Shown one piece after another: positions 37,872 to 53,213 of a DNA stretch of 64,000 bases (within the stretch, counting starts at the first letter, position 1; the number at the start of each line of letters is the position of its first letter). Under the pieces are notes generated by a model, which worked only from the letters and a program-made list of their open reading frames with translations, made no database searches and had not been told where the DNA came from. Origin of the DNA: Auanema rhodensis (lineage: Eukaryota; Animalia; Nematoda); assembly GCA_964057225.1 (NCBI GenBank), contig OZ059900.1, positions 4,030,001 to 4,094,000 on the forward strand, given 5' to 3'. A program made the translations under genes and the position numbers.

Positions 37872-40032
37872 CGCAATAGAGAATCCATTATTTCTTACTA
37901 AACAATATAAATATCGAGAAGTAGAATAATTTTTTTTTCCCAATTCACCAAAAAAATTAAGAAAGTTGAAAAATCACACAGAAACGACACATTATAGAAA
38001 ATATTCACATTTTTCAATGTGAACAAGTAAAATTGCAGATAACGAAAATTATTGTAAAAATTTTCTCCTGCTACCTTACGATTGTGATATCGTTTCGGTG
38101 AGTAGTGTAACAATCTTCAGATATTATTTCATAATGTTTATATTCCGATGAAACATTCCAGTAAAAATTTTATGTAAAATACTTTTCCTGCAAAAATACA
38201 CCTACAAACTACTTTTCCTGCAAAATTACACGAAAAAAAATTTTTCCTGCAAAAATACACAAAGAAAAAGTTTTCATGTATAAATACACGAAAAATAATT
38301 TTTCCTGCAAAAATACACAAAGAAAAAGTTTTCATGTATAAATACACAAAGAAAAAGTTTTCATGTATAAATACACGAAGAAACTACTTTTCCTGCAAAA
38401 ATACACAAAGAAAAAGTTTTCATGTATAAATACACGAAAAATAATTTTTCCTGCAAAAATACACAAAGAAAAAGTTTTCATGTATAAATACACAAAGAAA
38501 AAGTTTTCATGTATAAATACACGAAGAAACTACTTTTCCTGCAAAAATACACAAAGAAAAAGTTTTCATGTATAAATACACGAAAAAAAGTTTTTCCTGC
38601 AAAAATACACGAAGAAACTACTTTTACCGCAAAAATACACGAAGAAACTACTTTTCCTGCAAAAATACACCTACAAATTACATTTCCTGCAAAAATACAC
38701 GAAAAAAAATTTTTCCTGCAAAAATACACAAAGAAAAAGTTTTCATGTATAAACACACGAAAAAAAATTTTTCCTGCAAAAATACACGAAGAAACTACTT
38801 TTCTTGCAAAAATACACAAAGAAAAAGTTTTCCTGCAAATATACACGAAAAAAAATTTTTCCTGCAAAAATACACAAAAAAAACTTTTTCCTGCAAAAAT
38901 ACACGAAAAAAAATTTTTCCTACAAAAATACACAAAAAAAAATTTTTCCCTGCAAAAATTCTAAAAAAAAATTTTTCCCTTGTAAAAATTCACTAAAAAA
39001 ATTTTCTCCCTGCAAAAATGCGAAAAAAAAAAAATTTATTCAGAAATACTTCCCCGAAGACATATGGTATCAAAATTTCGTTCCTCTCTCATTTACTTGA
39101 TTGATTCTGTCAGCGCTGTATGCTCAAGTAAAAGATTAAGCCATGCATGTATAAAGTTCATCATTTTTGAGAAACTGCGATAGGCTCACAGCTCAGAGAC
39201 CAAAAAAATTTCCAAGTCCAAAAAAAATTTTTTTTTCAACATGTTTTCACGATACTCTCAAAACATTTTTTACACATTTTTAAAGAGTTTTAACATTGGA
39301 ATTGAGAAACAAAATTTTTTTTTTACTTGATTGATTCTGTCAGCGCTGTAGCTTTCGTCAAGGATTAAGCCATGCCAACCGCTCACCGACCACAAAAAAT
39401 TTTTTTTCACGTACTTGATTGATTCTGTCAGCGCTGTATGCTCAAGTAAAAGATTAAGCCATGCATGTAGAAAGTTGAACTTTTTAAGCCAAACCGCCAA
39501 CCGACCAAAAATTTTTTCTAGTCAAAAATTATGGAAATTTTTGAAAAAATATGCAAATTTTTTTTTTCAAAACTATTTTTCAGAGTAGTCTTATTCTATT
39601 TTCTGACTCTTTTTACATATTTTACACTATATATGAAATATGTTTTGGAAAATTTCCCGATATGGCTTAATCCTTGAGGAAAGCTACAGCGCTGACAGAA
39701 TCAATCAAGTAAAATTTGCCATTTTTATCAAAATTTTTGATTTTTTAAATTAAAATTCTCGGGTGACCATTTATATGCGCTTTTTTTTGAAAAATGGTTC
39801 CAATATTCCAATAAAGTATACTTTTTCTTGCAAATAAAGTATACCTTTTCTTACAAATAAAGTATACCTTTTTTAAAATAAGGTATCAATATTGCTATCG
39901 CTATATACAATCAATAAAACGTTATTTGAAACAAGAATAAGGTATACTTTCAGGTATAAAACAAAACATCCAATCAAAGGATAGTCTCAACAGATCGCAG
40001 TTTATAAAGACTGCTCTACTGGATACAACACC

Positions 40033-40876
40033 TACGAATGCCCCCGAATCGTCCCTATTAATCATTAATTCGACTCTCAAACCAATAAATAGAACCGAAG
40101 TCCTCTTTTATTATTCCATGATAGCACATACAAGCAATCGCTTGCTTTGAGCGCTTTGATTTATTCAAAGTAAACCCGAGCCAGTATACACACCGAAGTA
40201 CATACACAAAACCGACAAAATAGACACATCTATGATTACCGGCAAGCCGTATCACAGAAAATGCCTCAGATCCAACTACGAGCTTTTTAACTACAGCAAT
40301 AACGTTTTACACTAGTGGAGCTGGAATTACCGCGGCTGCTGGCACCAGACTTGCCCTCCACTGGGTCCTTGTAGAGCTATTTAAGCTCAGCTCAGTGAAA
40401 TAATCAATCTAAAAAGATTGATCTTTTTATTTTTAGTTACTATCTCACTGAAGTAGTGGATAAGTTACGCGCCTGCTGCCTTCCTTGGATGTGGTAGCCG
40501 TTTCTAAGGCTCCCTCTCCGGAGTCGAACCCTAATTCTCCGTTACCCGTGATCACCATGGTAAAACTCTATATTACCATCAGGTTGATAGGGCAAACATT
40601 AATCTCGAAAAAAGACAGTAAAACCGTCGATTAACTGGGTTATTCAGAGTCAACAAACATTAAATTGGTTTGTACTAATAACTGCGTTGAACTTGGGAAG
40701 AAGAACAACTATTAAGCATGTATTAGCTCCAGAATTACCACAGTTATCCATAGAAATCGAGAAAAATCATATCTGCTCTAATGAGCCGTTCGCAGTTTCT
40801 CAAAAATAATGAACTTTATACATGCATGGCTTAATCTTTTACTTGAGCATACAGCGCTGACAGAATCAATCAGATT
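40033..40876 (-). rRNA. 18S: Truncated 18S rRNA, unit 13
   Basis: Near-identical to unit 1 (offset 38503). Confidence 0.97.
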
Positions 40877-43037
40877 CGCAATAGAGAATCCATTATTTCT
40901 TACTAAACAATATAAATATCGAGAAGTAGAATAATTTTTTTTTCCCAATTCACCAAAAAAATTAAGAAAGTTGAAAAATCACACAGAAACGACACATTAT
41001 AGAAAATATTCACATTTTTCAATGTGAACAAGTAAAATTGCAGATAACGAAAATTATTGTAAAAATTTTCTCCTGCTACCTTACGATTGTGATATCGTTT
41101 CGGTGAATAGTGTAACAATCTTCAGATATTATTTCATAATGTTTATATTCCGATGAAACATTCCAGTAAAAATTTTATGTAAAATACTTTTCCTGCAAAA
41201 ATACACCTACAAACTACTTTTCCTGCAAAATTACACGAAAAAAAATTTTTCCTGCAAAAATACACAAAGAAAAAGTTTTCATGTATAAATACACGAAAAA
41301 TAATTTTTCCTGCAAAAATACACAAAGAAAAAGTTTTCATGTATAAATACACAAAGAAAAAGTTTTCATGTATAAATACACGAAGAAACTACTTTTCCTG
41401 CAAAAATACACAAAGAAAAAGTTTTCATGTATAAATACACGAAAAATAATTTTTCCTGCAAAAATACACAAAGAAAAAGTTTTCATGTATAAATACACAA
41501 AGAAAAAGTTTTCATGTATAAATACACGAAGAAACTACTTTTCCTGCAAAAATACACAAAGAAAAAGTTTTCATGTATAAATACACGAAAAAAAGTTTTT
41601 CCTGCAAAAATACACGAAGAAACTACTTTTACCGCAAAAATACACGAAGAAACTACTTTTCCTGCAAAAATACACCTACAAATTACATTTCCTGCAAAAA
41701 TACACGAAAAAAAATTTTTCCTGCAAAAATACACAAAGAAAAAGTTTTCATGTATAAACACACGAAAAAAAATTTTTCCTGCAAAAATACACGAAGAAAC
41801 TACTTTTCTTGCAAAAATACACAAAGAAAAAGTTTTCCTGCAAATATACACGAAAAAAAATTTTTCCTGCAAAAATACACGAAAAAAAATTTTTCCTGCA
41901 AAAATACACGAAAAAAAATTTTTCCTACAAAAATACACAAAAAAAAATTTTTCCCTGCAAAAATTCTAAAAAAAAATTTTTCCCTTGTAAAAATTCACTA
42001 AAAAAATTTTCTCCCTGCAAAAATGCGAAAAAAAAAAAATTTATTCAGAAATACTTCCCCGAAGACATATGGTATCAAAATTTCGTTCCTCTCTCATTTA
42101 CTTGATTGATTCTGTCAGCGCTGTATGCTCAAGTAAAAGATTAAGCCATGCATGTATAAAGTTCATCATTTTTGAGAAACTGCGATAGGCTCACAGCTCA
42201 GAGACCAAAAAAATTTCCAAGTCCAAAAAAAATTTTTTTTTCAACATGTTTTCACGATACTCTCAAAACATTTTTTACACATTTTTAAAGAGTTTTAACA
42301 TTGGAATTGAGAAACAAAATTTTTTTTTTACTTGATTGATTCTGTCAGCGCTGTAGCTTTCGTCAAGGATTAAGCCATGCCAACCGCTCACCGACCACAA
42401 AAAAATTTTTTTCACGTACTTGATTGATTCTGTCAGCGCTGTATGCTCAAGTAAAAGATTAAGCCATGCATGTAGAAAGTTGAACTTTTTAAGCCAAACC
42501 GCCAACCGACCAAAAATTTTTTCTAGTCAAAAATTATGGAAATTTTTGAAAAAATATGCAAATTTTTTTTTTCAAAACTATTTTTCAGAGTAGTCTTATT
42601 CTATTTTCTGACTCTTTTTACATATTTTACACTATATATGAAATATGTTTTGGAAAATTTCCCGATATGGCTTAATCCTTGAGGAAAGCTACAGCGCTGA
42701 CAGAATCAATCAAGTAAAATTTGCCATTTTTATCAAAATTTTTGATTTTTTAAATTAAAATTCTCGGGTGACCATTTATATGCGCTTTTTTTTGAAAAAT
42801 GGTTCCAATATTCCAATAAAGTATACTTTTTCTTGCAAATAAAGTATACCTTTTCTTACAAATAAAGTATACTTTTTTTAAAATAAGGTATCAATATTGC
42901 TATCGCTATATACAATCAATAGAACGTTATTTGAAACAAGAATAAGGTATACTTTCAGGTATAAAACAAAACATCCAATCAAAGGATAGTCTCAACAGAT
43001 CGCAGTTTATAAAGACTGCTCTACTGGATACAACACC

Positions 43038-43881
43038 TACGAATGCCCCCGAATCGTCCCTATTAATCATTAATTCGACTCTCAAACCAATAAATAGAAC
43101 CGAAGTCCTCTTTTATTATTCCATGATAGCACATACAAGCAATCGCTTGCTTTGAGCGCTTTGATTTATTCAAAGTAAACCCGAGCCAGTATACACACCG
43201 AAGTACATACACAAAACCGACAAAATAGACACATCTATGATTACCGGCAAGCCGTATCACAGAAAATGCCTCAGATCCAACTACGAGCTTTTTAACTACA
43301 GCAATAACGTTTTACACTAGTGGAGCTGGAATTACCGCGGCTGCTGGCACCAGACTTGCCCTCCACTGGGTCCTTGTAGAGCTATTTAAGCTCAGCTCAG
43401 TGAAATAATCAATCTAAAAAGATTGATCTTTTTATTTTTAGTTACTATCTCACTGAAGTAGTGGATAAGTTACGCGCCTGCTGCCTTCCTTGGATGTGGT
43501 AGCCGTTTCTAAGGCTCCCTCTCCGGAGTCGAACCCTAATTCTCCGTTACCCGTGATCACCATGGTAAAACTCTATATTACCATCAGGTTGATAGGGCAA
43601 ACATTAATCTCGAAAAAAGACAGTAAAACCGTCGATTAACTGGGTTATTCAGAGTCAACAAACATTCAATTGGTTTGTACTAATAACTGCGTTGAACTTG
43701 GGAAGAAGAACAACTATTAAGCATGTATTAGCTCCAGAATTACCACAGTTATCCATAGAAATCGAGAAAAATCATATCTGCTCTAATGAGCCGTTCGCAG
43801 TTTCTCAAAAATAATGAACTTTATACATGCATGGCTTAATCTTTTACTTGAGCATACAGCGCTGACAGAATCAATCAGATT
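43038..43881 (-). rRNA. 18S: Truncated 18S rRNA, unit 14
   Basis: Near-identical to unit 1 (offset 41508). Confidence 0.97.
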
Positions 43882-46042
43882 CGCAATAGAGAATCCATTA
43901 TTTCTTACTAAACAATATAAATATCGAGAAGTAGAATAATTTTTTTTTCCCAATTCACCAAAAAAATTAAGAAAGTTGAAAAATCACACAGAAACGACAC
44001 ATTATAGAAAATATTCACATTTTTCAATGTGAACAAGTAAAATTGCAGATAACGAAAATTATTGTAAAAATTTTCTCCTGCTACCTTACGATTGTGATAT
44101 CGTTTCGGTGAATAGTGTAACAATCTTCAGATATTATTTCATAATGTTTATATTCCGATGAAACATTCCAGTAAAAATTTTATGTAAAATACTTTTCCTG
44201 CAAAAATACACCTACAAACTACTTTTCCTGCAAAATTACACGAAAAAAAATTTTTCCTGCAAAAATACACAAAGAAAAAGTTTTCATGTATAAATACACG
44301 AAAAATAATTTTTCCTGCAAAAATACACAAAGAAAAAGTTTTCATGTATAAATACACAAAGAAAAAGTTTTCATGTATAAATACACGAAGAAACTACTTT
44401 TCCTGCAAAAATACACAAAGAAAAAGTTTTCATGTATAAATACACGAAAAATAATTTTTCCTGCAAAAATACACAAAGAAAAAGTTTTCATGTATAAATA
44501 CACAAAGAAAAAGTTTTCATGTATAAATACACGAAGAAACTACTTTTCCTGCAAAAATACACAAAGAAAAAGTTTTCATGTATAAATACACGAAAAAAAG
44601 TTTTTCCTGCAAAAATACACGAAGAAACTACTTTTACCGCAAAAATACACGAAGAAACTACTTTTCCTGCAAAAATACACCTACAAATTACATTTCCTGC
44701 AAAAATACACGAAAAAAAATTTTTCCTGCAAAAATACACAAAGAAAAAGTTTTCATGTATAAACACACGAAAAAAAATTTTTCCTGCAAAAATACACGAA
44801 GAAACTACTTTTCTTGCAAAAATACACAAAGAAAAAGTTTTCCTGCAAATATACACGAAAAAAAATTTTTCCTGCAAAAATACACGAAAAAAAATTTTTC
44901 CTGCAAAAATACACGAAAAAAAATTTTTCCTACAAAAATACACAAAAAAAAATTTTTCCCTGCAAAAATTCTAAAAAAAAATTTTTCCCTTGTAAAAATT
45001 CACTAAAAAAATTTTCTCCCTGCAAAAATGCGAAAAAAAAAAAATTTATTCAGAAATACTTCCCCGAAGACATATGGTATCAAAATTTCGTTCCTCTCTC
45101 ATTTACTTGATTGATTCTGTCAGCGCTGTATGCTCAAGTAAAAGATTAAGCCATGCATGTATAAAGTTCATCATTTTTGAGAAACTGCGATAGGCTCACA
45201 GCTCAGAGACCAAAAAAATTTCCAAGTCCAAAAAAAATTTTTTTTTCAACATGTTTTCACGATACTCTCAAAACATTTTTTACACATTTTTAAAGAGTTT
45301 TAACATTGGAATTGAGAAACAAAATTTTTTTTTTACTTGATTGATTCTGTCAGCGCTGTAGCTTTCGTCAAGGATTAAGCCATGCCAACCGCTCACCGAC
45401 CACAAAAAAATTTTTTTCACGTACTTGATTGATTCTGTCAGCGCTGTATGCTCAAGTAAAAGATTAAGCCATGCATGTAGAAAGTTGAACTTTTTAAGCC
45501 AAACCGCCAACCGACCAAAAATTTTTTCTAGTCAAAAATTATGGAAATTTTTGAAAAAATATGCAAATTTTTTTTTTCAAAACTATTTTTCAGAGTAGTC
45601 TTATTCTATTTTCTGACTCTTTTTACATATTTTACACTATATATGAAATATGTTTTGGAAAATTTCCCGATATGGCTTAATCCTTGAGGAAAGCTACAGC
45701 GCTGACAGAATCAATCAAGTAAAATTTGCCATTTTTATCAAAATTTTTGATTTTTTAAATTAAAATTCTCGGGTGACCATTTATATGCGCTTTTTTTTGA
45801 AAAATGGTTCCAATATTCCAATAAAGTATACTTTTTCTTGCAAATAAAGTATACCTTTTCTTACAAATAAAGTATACTTTTTTTAAAATAAGGTATCAAT
45901 ATTGCTATCGCTATATACAATCAATAGAACGTTATTTGAAACAAGAATAAGGTATACTTTCAGGTATAAAACAAAACATCCAATCAAAGGATAGTCTCAA
46001 CAGATCGCAGTTTATAAAGACTGCTCTACTGGATACAACACC

Positions 46043-46886
46043 TACGAATGCCCCCGAATCGTCCCTATTAATCATTAATTCGACTCTCAAACCAATAAAT
46101 AGAACCGAAGTCCTCTTTTATTATTCCATGATAGCACATACAAGCAATCGCTTGCTTTGAGCGCTTTGATTTATTCAAAGTAAACCCGAGCCAGTATACA
46201 CACCGAAGTACATACACAAAACCGACAAAATAGACACATCTATGATTACCGGCAAGCCGTATCACAGAAAATGCCTCAGATCCAACTACGAGCTTTTTAA
46301 CTACAGCAATAACGTTTTACACTAGTGGAGCTGGAATTACCGCGGCTGCTGGCACCAGACTTGCCCTCCACTGGGTCCTTGTAGAGCTATTTAAGCTCAG
46401 CTCAGTGAAATAATCAATCTAAAAAGATTGATCTTTTTATTTTTAGTTACTATCTCACTGAAGTAGTGGATAAGTTACGCGCCTGCTGCCTTCCTTGGAT
46501 GTGGTAGCCGTTTCTAAGGCTCCCTCTCCGGAGTCGAACCCTAATTCTCCGTTACCCGTGATCACCATGGTAAAACTCTATATTACCATCAGGTTGATAG
46601 GGCAAACATTAATCTCGAAAAAAGACAGTAAAACCGTCGATTAACTGGGTTATTCAGAGTCAACAAACATTCAATTGGTTTGTACTAATAACTGCGTTGA
46701 ACTTGGGAAGAAGAACAACTATTAAGCATGTATTAGCTCCAGAATTACCACAGTTATCCATAGAAATCGAGAAAAATCATATCTGCTCTAATGAGCCGTT
46801 CGCAGTTTCTCAAAAATAATGAACTTTATACATGCATGGCTTAATCTTTTACTTGAGCATACAGCGCTGACAGAATCAATCAGATT
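46043..46886 (-). rRNA. 18S: Truncated 18S rRNA, unit 15
   Basis: Near-identical to unit 1 (offset 44513). Confidence 0.97.
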
Positions 46887-49047
46887 CGCAATAGAGAATC
46901 CATTATTTCTTACTAAACAATATAAATATCGAGAAGTAGAATAATTTTTTTTTCCCAATTCACCAAAAAAATTAAGAAAGTTGAAAAATCACACAGAAAC
47001 GACACATTATAGAAAATATTCACATTTTTCAATGTGAACAAGTAAAATTGCAGATAACGAAAATTATTGTAAAAATTTTCTCCTGCTACCTTACGATTGT
47101 GATATCGTTTCGGTGAATAGTGTAACAATCTTCAGATATTATTTCATAATGTTTATATTCCGATGAAACATTCCAGTAAAAATTTTATGTAAAATACTTT
47201 TCCTGCAAAAATACACCTACAAACTACTTTTCCTGCAAAATTACACGAAAAAAAATTTTTCCTGCAAAAATACACAAAGAAAAAGTTTTCATGTATAAAT
47301 ACACGAAAAATAATTTTTCCTGCAAAAATACACAAAGAAAAAGTTTTCATGTATAAATACACAAAGAAAAAGTTTTCATGTATAAATACACGAAGAAACT
47401 ACTTTTCCTGCAAAAATACACAAAGAAAAAGTTTTCATGTATAAATACACGAAAAATAATTTTTCCTGCAAAAATACACAAAGAAAAAGTTTTCATGTAT
47501 AAATACACAAAGAAAAAGTTTTCATGTATAAATACACGAAGAAACTACTTTTCCTGCAAAAATACACAAAGAAAAAGTTTTCATGTATAAATACACGAAA
47601 AAAAGTTTTTCCTGCAAAAATACACGAAGAAACTACTTTTACCGCAAAAATACACGAAGAAACTACTTTTCCTGCAAAAATACACCTACAAATTACATTT
47701 CCTGCAAAAATACACGAAAAAAAATTTTTCCTGCAAAAATACACAAAGAAAAAGTTTTCATGTATAAACACACGAAAAAAAATTTTTCCTGCAAAAATAC
47801 ACGAAGAAACTACTTTTCTTGCAAAAATACACAAAGAAAAAGTTTTCCTGCAAATATACACGAAAAAAAATTTTTCCTGCAAAAATACACGAAAAAAAAT
47901 TTTTCCTGCAAAAATACACGAAAAAAAATTTTTCCTACAAAAATACACAAAAAAAAATTTTTCCCTGCAAAAATTCTAAAAAAAAATTTTTCCCTTGTAA
48001 AAATTCACTAAAAAAATTTTCTCCCTGCAAAAATGCGAAAAAAAAAAAATTTATTCAGAAATACTTCCCCGAAGACATATGGTATCAAAATTTCGTTCCT
48101 CTCTCATTTACTTGATTGATTCTGTCAGCGCTGTATGCTCAAGTAAAAGATTAAGCCATGCATGTATAAAGTTCATCATTTTTGAGAAACTGCGATAGGC
48201 TCACAGCTCAGAGACCAAAAAAATTTCCAAGTCCAAAAAAAATTTTTTTTTCAACATGTTTTCACGATACTCTCAAAACATTTTTTACACATTTTTAAAG
48301 AGTTTTAACATTGGAATTGAGAAACAAAATTTTTTTTTTACTTGATTGATTCTGTCAGCGCTGTAGCTTTCGTCAAGGATTAAGCCATGCCAACCGCTCA
48401 CCGACCACAAAAAAATTTTTTTCACGTACTTGATTGATTCTGTCAGCGCTGTATGCTCAAGTAAAAGATTAAGCCATGCATGTAGAAAGTTGAACTTTTT
48501 AAGCCAAACCGCCAACCGACCAAAAATTTTTTCTAGTCAAAAATTATGGAAATTTTTGAAAAAATATGCAAATTTTTTTTTTCAAAACTATTTTTCAGAG
48601 TAGTCTTATTCTATTTTCTGACTCTTTTTACATATTTTACACTATATATGAAATATGTTTTGGAAAATTTCCCGATATGGCTTAATCCTTGAGGAAAGCT
48701 ACAGCGCTGACAGAATCAATCAAGTAAAATTTGCCATTTTTATCAAAATTTTTGATTTTTTAAATTAAAATTCTCGGGTGACCATTTATATGCGCTTTTT
48801 TTTGAAAAATGGTTCCAATATTCCAATAAAGTATACTTTTTCTTGCAAATAAAGTATACCTTTTCTTACAAATAAAGTATACCTTTTTTAAAATAAGGTA
48901 TCAATATTGCTATCGCTATATACAATCAATAAAACGTTATTTGAAACAAGAATAAGGTATACTTTCAGGTATAAAACAAAACATCCAATCAAAGGATAGT
49001 CTCAACAGATCGCAGTTTATAAAGACTGCTCTACTGGATACAACACC

Positions 49048-49891
49048 TACGAATGCCCCCGAATCGTCCCTATTAATCATTAATTCGACTCTCAAACCAA
49101 TAAATAGAACCGAAGTCCTCTTTTATTATTCCATGATAGCACATACAAGCAATCGCTTGCTTTGAGCGCTTTGATTTATTCAAAGTAAACCCGAGCCAGT
49201 ATACACACCGAAGTACATACACAAAACCGACAAAATAGACACATCTATGATTACCGGCAAGCCGTATCACAGAAAATGCCTCAGATCCAACTACGAGCTT
49301 TTTAACTACAGCAATAACGTTTTACACTAGTGGAGCTGGAATTACCGCGGCTGCTGGCACCAGACTTGCCCTCCACTGGGTCCTTGTAGAGCTATTTAAG
49401 CTCAGCTCAGTGAAATAATCAATCTAAAAAGATTGATCTTTTTATTTTTAGTTACTATCTCACTGAAGTAGTGGATAAGTTACGCGCCTGCTGCCTTCCT
49501 TGGATGTGGTAGCCGTTTCTAAGGCTCCCTCTCCGGAGTCGAACCCTAATTCTCCGTTACCCGTGATCACCATGGTAAAACTCTATATTACCATCAGGTT
49601 GATAGGGCAAACATTAATCTCGAAAAAAGACAGTAAAACCGTCGATTAACTGGGTTATTCAGAGTCAACAAACATTAAATTGGTTTGTACTAATAACTGC
49701 GTTGAACTTGGGAAGAAGAACAACTATTAAGCATGTATTAGCTCCAGAATTACCACAGTTATCCATAGAAATCGAGAAAAATCATATCTGCTCTAATGAG
49801 CCGTTCGCAGTTTCTCAAAAATAATGAACTTTATACATGCATGGCTTAATCTTTTACTTGAGCATACAGCGCTGACAGAATCAATCAGATT
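49048..49891 (-). rRNA. 18S: Truncated 18S rRNA, unit 16
   Basis: Near-identical to unit 1 (offset 47518). Confidence 0.97.
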
Positions 49892-52369
49892 CGCAATAGA
49901 GAATCCATTATTTCTTACTAAACAATATAAATATCGAGAAGTAGAATAATTTTTTTTTCCCAATTCACCAAAAAAATTAAGAAAGTTGAAAAATCACACA
50001 GAAACGACACATTATAGAAAATATTCACATTTTTCAATGTGAACAAGTAAAATTGCAGATAACGAAAATTATTGTAAAAATTTTCTCCTGCTACCTTACG
50101 ATTGTGATATCGTTTCGGTGAATAGTGTAACAATCTTCAGATATTATTTCATAATGTTTATATTCCGATGAAACATTCCAGTAAAAATTTTATGTAAAAT
50201 ACTTTTCCTGCAAAAATACACCTACAAACTACTTTTCCTGCAAAATTACACGAAAAAAAATTTTTCCTGCAAAAATACACAAAGAAAAAGTTTTCATGTA
50301 TAAATACACGAAAAATAATTTTTCCTGCAAAAATACACAAAGAAAAAGTTTTCATGTATAAATACACAAAGAAAAAGTTTTCATGTATAAATACACGAAG
50401 AAACTACTTTTCCTGCAAAAATACACAAAGAAAAAGTTTTCATGTATAAATACACGAAAAATAATTTTTCCTGCAAAAATACACAAAGAAAAAGTTTTCA
50501 TGTATAAATACACAAAGAAAAAGTTTTCATGTATAAATACACGAAGAAACTACTTTTCCTGCAAAAATACACAAAGAAAAAGTTTTCATGTATAAATACA
50601 CGAAAAAAAGTTTTTCCTGCAAAAATACACGAAGAAACTACTTTTACCGCAAAAATACACGAAGAAACTACTTTTCCTGCAAAAATACACCTACAAATTA
50701 CATTTCCTGCAAAAATACACGAAAAAAAATTTTTCCTGCAAAAATACACAAAGAAAAAGTTTTCATGTATAAACACACGAAAAAAAATTTTTCCTGCAAA
50801 AATACACGAAGAAACTACTTTTCTTGCAAAAATACACAAAGAAAAAGTTTTCCTGCAAATATACACGAAAAAAAATTTTTCCTGCAAAAATACACGAAAA
50901 AAAATTTTTCCTGCAAAAATACACGAAAAAAAATTTTTCCTACAAAAATACACAAAAAAAAATTTTTCCCTGCAAAAATTCTGAAAAAAAATTTTTCCCT
51001 TGTAAAAATTCACTAAAAAATTTTTCTCCCTGCAAAAATGCGAAAAAAAAAAATTTATTCAGAAATACTTCCCCGAAGACATATGGTATCAAAATTTCGT
51101 TCCTCTCTCATTTACTTGATTGATTCTGTCAGCGCTGTATGCTCAAGTAAAAGATTAAGCCATGCATGTATAAAGTTCATCATTTTTGAGAAACTGCGAT
51201 AGGCTCACAGCTCAGAGACCAAAAAAATTTCCAAGTCCAAAAAAAATTTTTTTTTCAACATGTTTTCACGATACTCTCAAAACATTTTTTACACATTTTT
51301 AAAGAGTTTTAACATTGGAATTGAGAAACAAAATTTTTTTTTTACTTGATTGATTCTGTCAGCGCTGTAGCTTTCGTCAAGGATTAAGCCATGCCAACCG
51401 CTCACCGACCACAAAAAAATTTTTTTCACGTACTTGATTGATTCTGTCAGCGCTGTATGCTCAAGTAAAAGATTAAGCCATGCATGTATAAAGTTCATCA
51501 TTTTTGAGAAACTGCGATAGGCTCACAGCTCAGAGACCAAAAAAATTTCCAAGTCCAAAAAAAATTTTTTTTTCAACATGTTTTCACGATACTCTCAAAA
51601 CATTTTTTACACATTTTTAAAGAGTTTTAACATTGGAATTGAGAAACAAAATTTTTTTTTTACTTGATTGATTCTGTCAGCGCTGTAGCTTTCGTCAAGG
51701 ATTAAGCCATGCCAACCGCTCACCGACCACAAAAAATTTTTTTTCACGTACTTGATTGATTCTGTCAGCGCTGTATGCTCAAGTAAAAGATTAAGCCATG
51801 CATGTAGAAAGTTGAACTTTTTAAGCCAAACCGCCAACCGACCAAAAATTTTTTCTAGTCAAAAATTATGGAAATTTTTGAAAAAATATGCAAATTTTTT
51901 TTTTCAAAACTATTTTTCAGAGTAGTCTTATTCTATTTTCTGACTCTTTTTACATATTTTACACTATATATGAAATATGTTTTGGAAAATTTCCCGATAT
52001 GGCTTAATCCTTGAGGAAAGCTACAGCGCTGACAGAATCAATCAAGTAAAATTTGCCATTTTTATCAAAATTTTTGATTTTTTAAATTAAAATTCTCGGG
52101 TGACCATTTATATGCGCTTTTTTTTGAAAAATGGTTCCAATATTCCAATAAAGTATACTTTTTCTTACAAATAAAGTATACCTTTTCTTACAAATAAAGT
52201 ATACCTTTTTTAAAATAAGGTATCAATATTGCTATCGCTATATACAATCAATAAAACGTTATTTGAAACAAGAATAAGGTATACTTTCAGGTATAAAACA
52301 AAACATCCAATCAAAGGATAGTCTCAACAGATCGCAGTTTATAAAGACTGCTCTACTGGATACAACACC

Positions 52370-53213
52370 TACGAATGCCCCCGAATCGTCCCTATTAATC
52401 ATTAATTCGACTCTCAAACCAATAAATAGAACCGAAGTCCTCTTTTATTATTCCATGATAGCACATACAAGCAATCGCTTGCTTTGAGCGCTTTGATTTA
52501 TTCAAAGTAAATCCGAGCCAGTATACACACCGAAGTACATACACAAAACCGACAAAATAGACACATCTATGATTACCGGCAAGCCGTATCACAGAAAATG
52601 CCTCAGATCCAACTACGAGCTTTTTAACTACAGCAATAACGTTTTACACTAGTGGAGCTGGAATTACCGCGGCTGCTGGCACCAGACTTGCCCTCCACTG
52701 GGTCCTTGTAGAGCTATTTAAGCTCAGCTCAGTGAAATAATCAATCTAAAAAGATTGATCTTTTTATTTTTAGTTACTATCTCACTGAAGTAGTGGATAA
52801 GTTACGCGCCTGCTGCCTTCCTTGGATGTGGTAGCCGTTTCTAAGGCTCCCTCTCCGGAGTCGAACCCTAATTCTCCGTTACCCGTGATCACCATGGTAA
52901 AACTCTATATTACCATCAGGTTGATAGGGCAAACATTAATCTCGAAAAAAGACAGTAAAACCGTCGATTAACTGGGTTATTCAGAGTCAACAAACATTAA
53001 ATTGGTTTGTACTAATAACTGCGTTGAACTTGGGAAGAAGAACAACTATTAAGCATGTATTAGCTCCAGAATTACCACAGTTATCCATAGAAATCGAGAA
53101 AAATCATATCTGCTCTAATGAGCCGTTCGCAGTTTCTCAAAAATAATGAACTTTATACATGCATGGCTTAATCTTTTACTTGAGCATACAGCGCTGACAG
53201 AATCAATCAGATT
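52370..53213 (-). rRNA. 18S: Truncated 18S rRNA, unit 17
   Basis: Near-identical to unit 1 (offset 50840). Confidence 0.97.
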
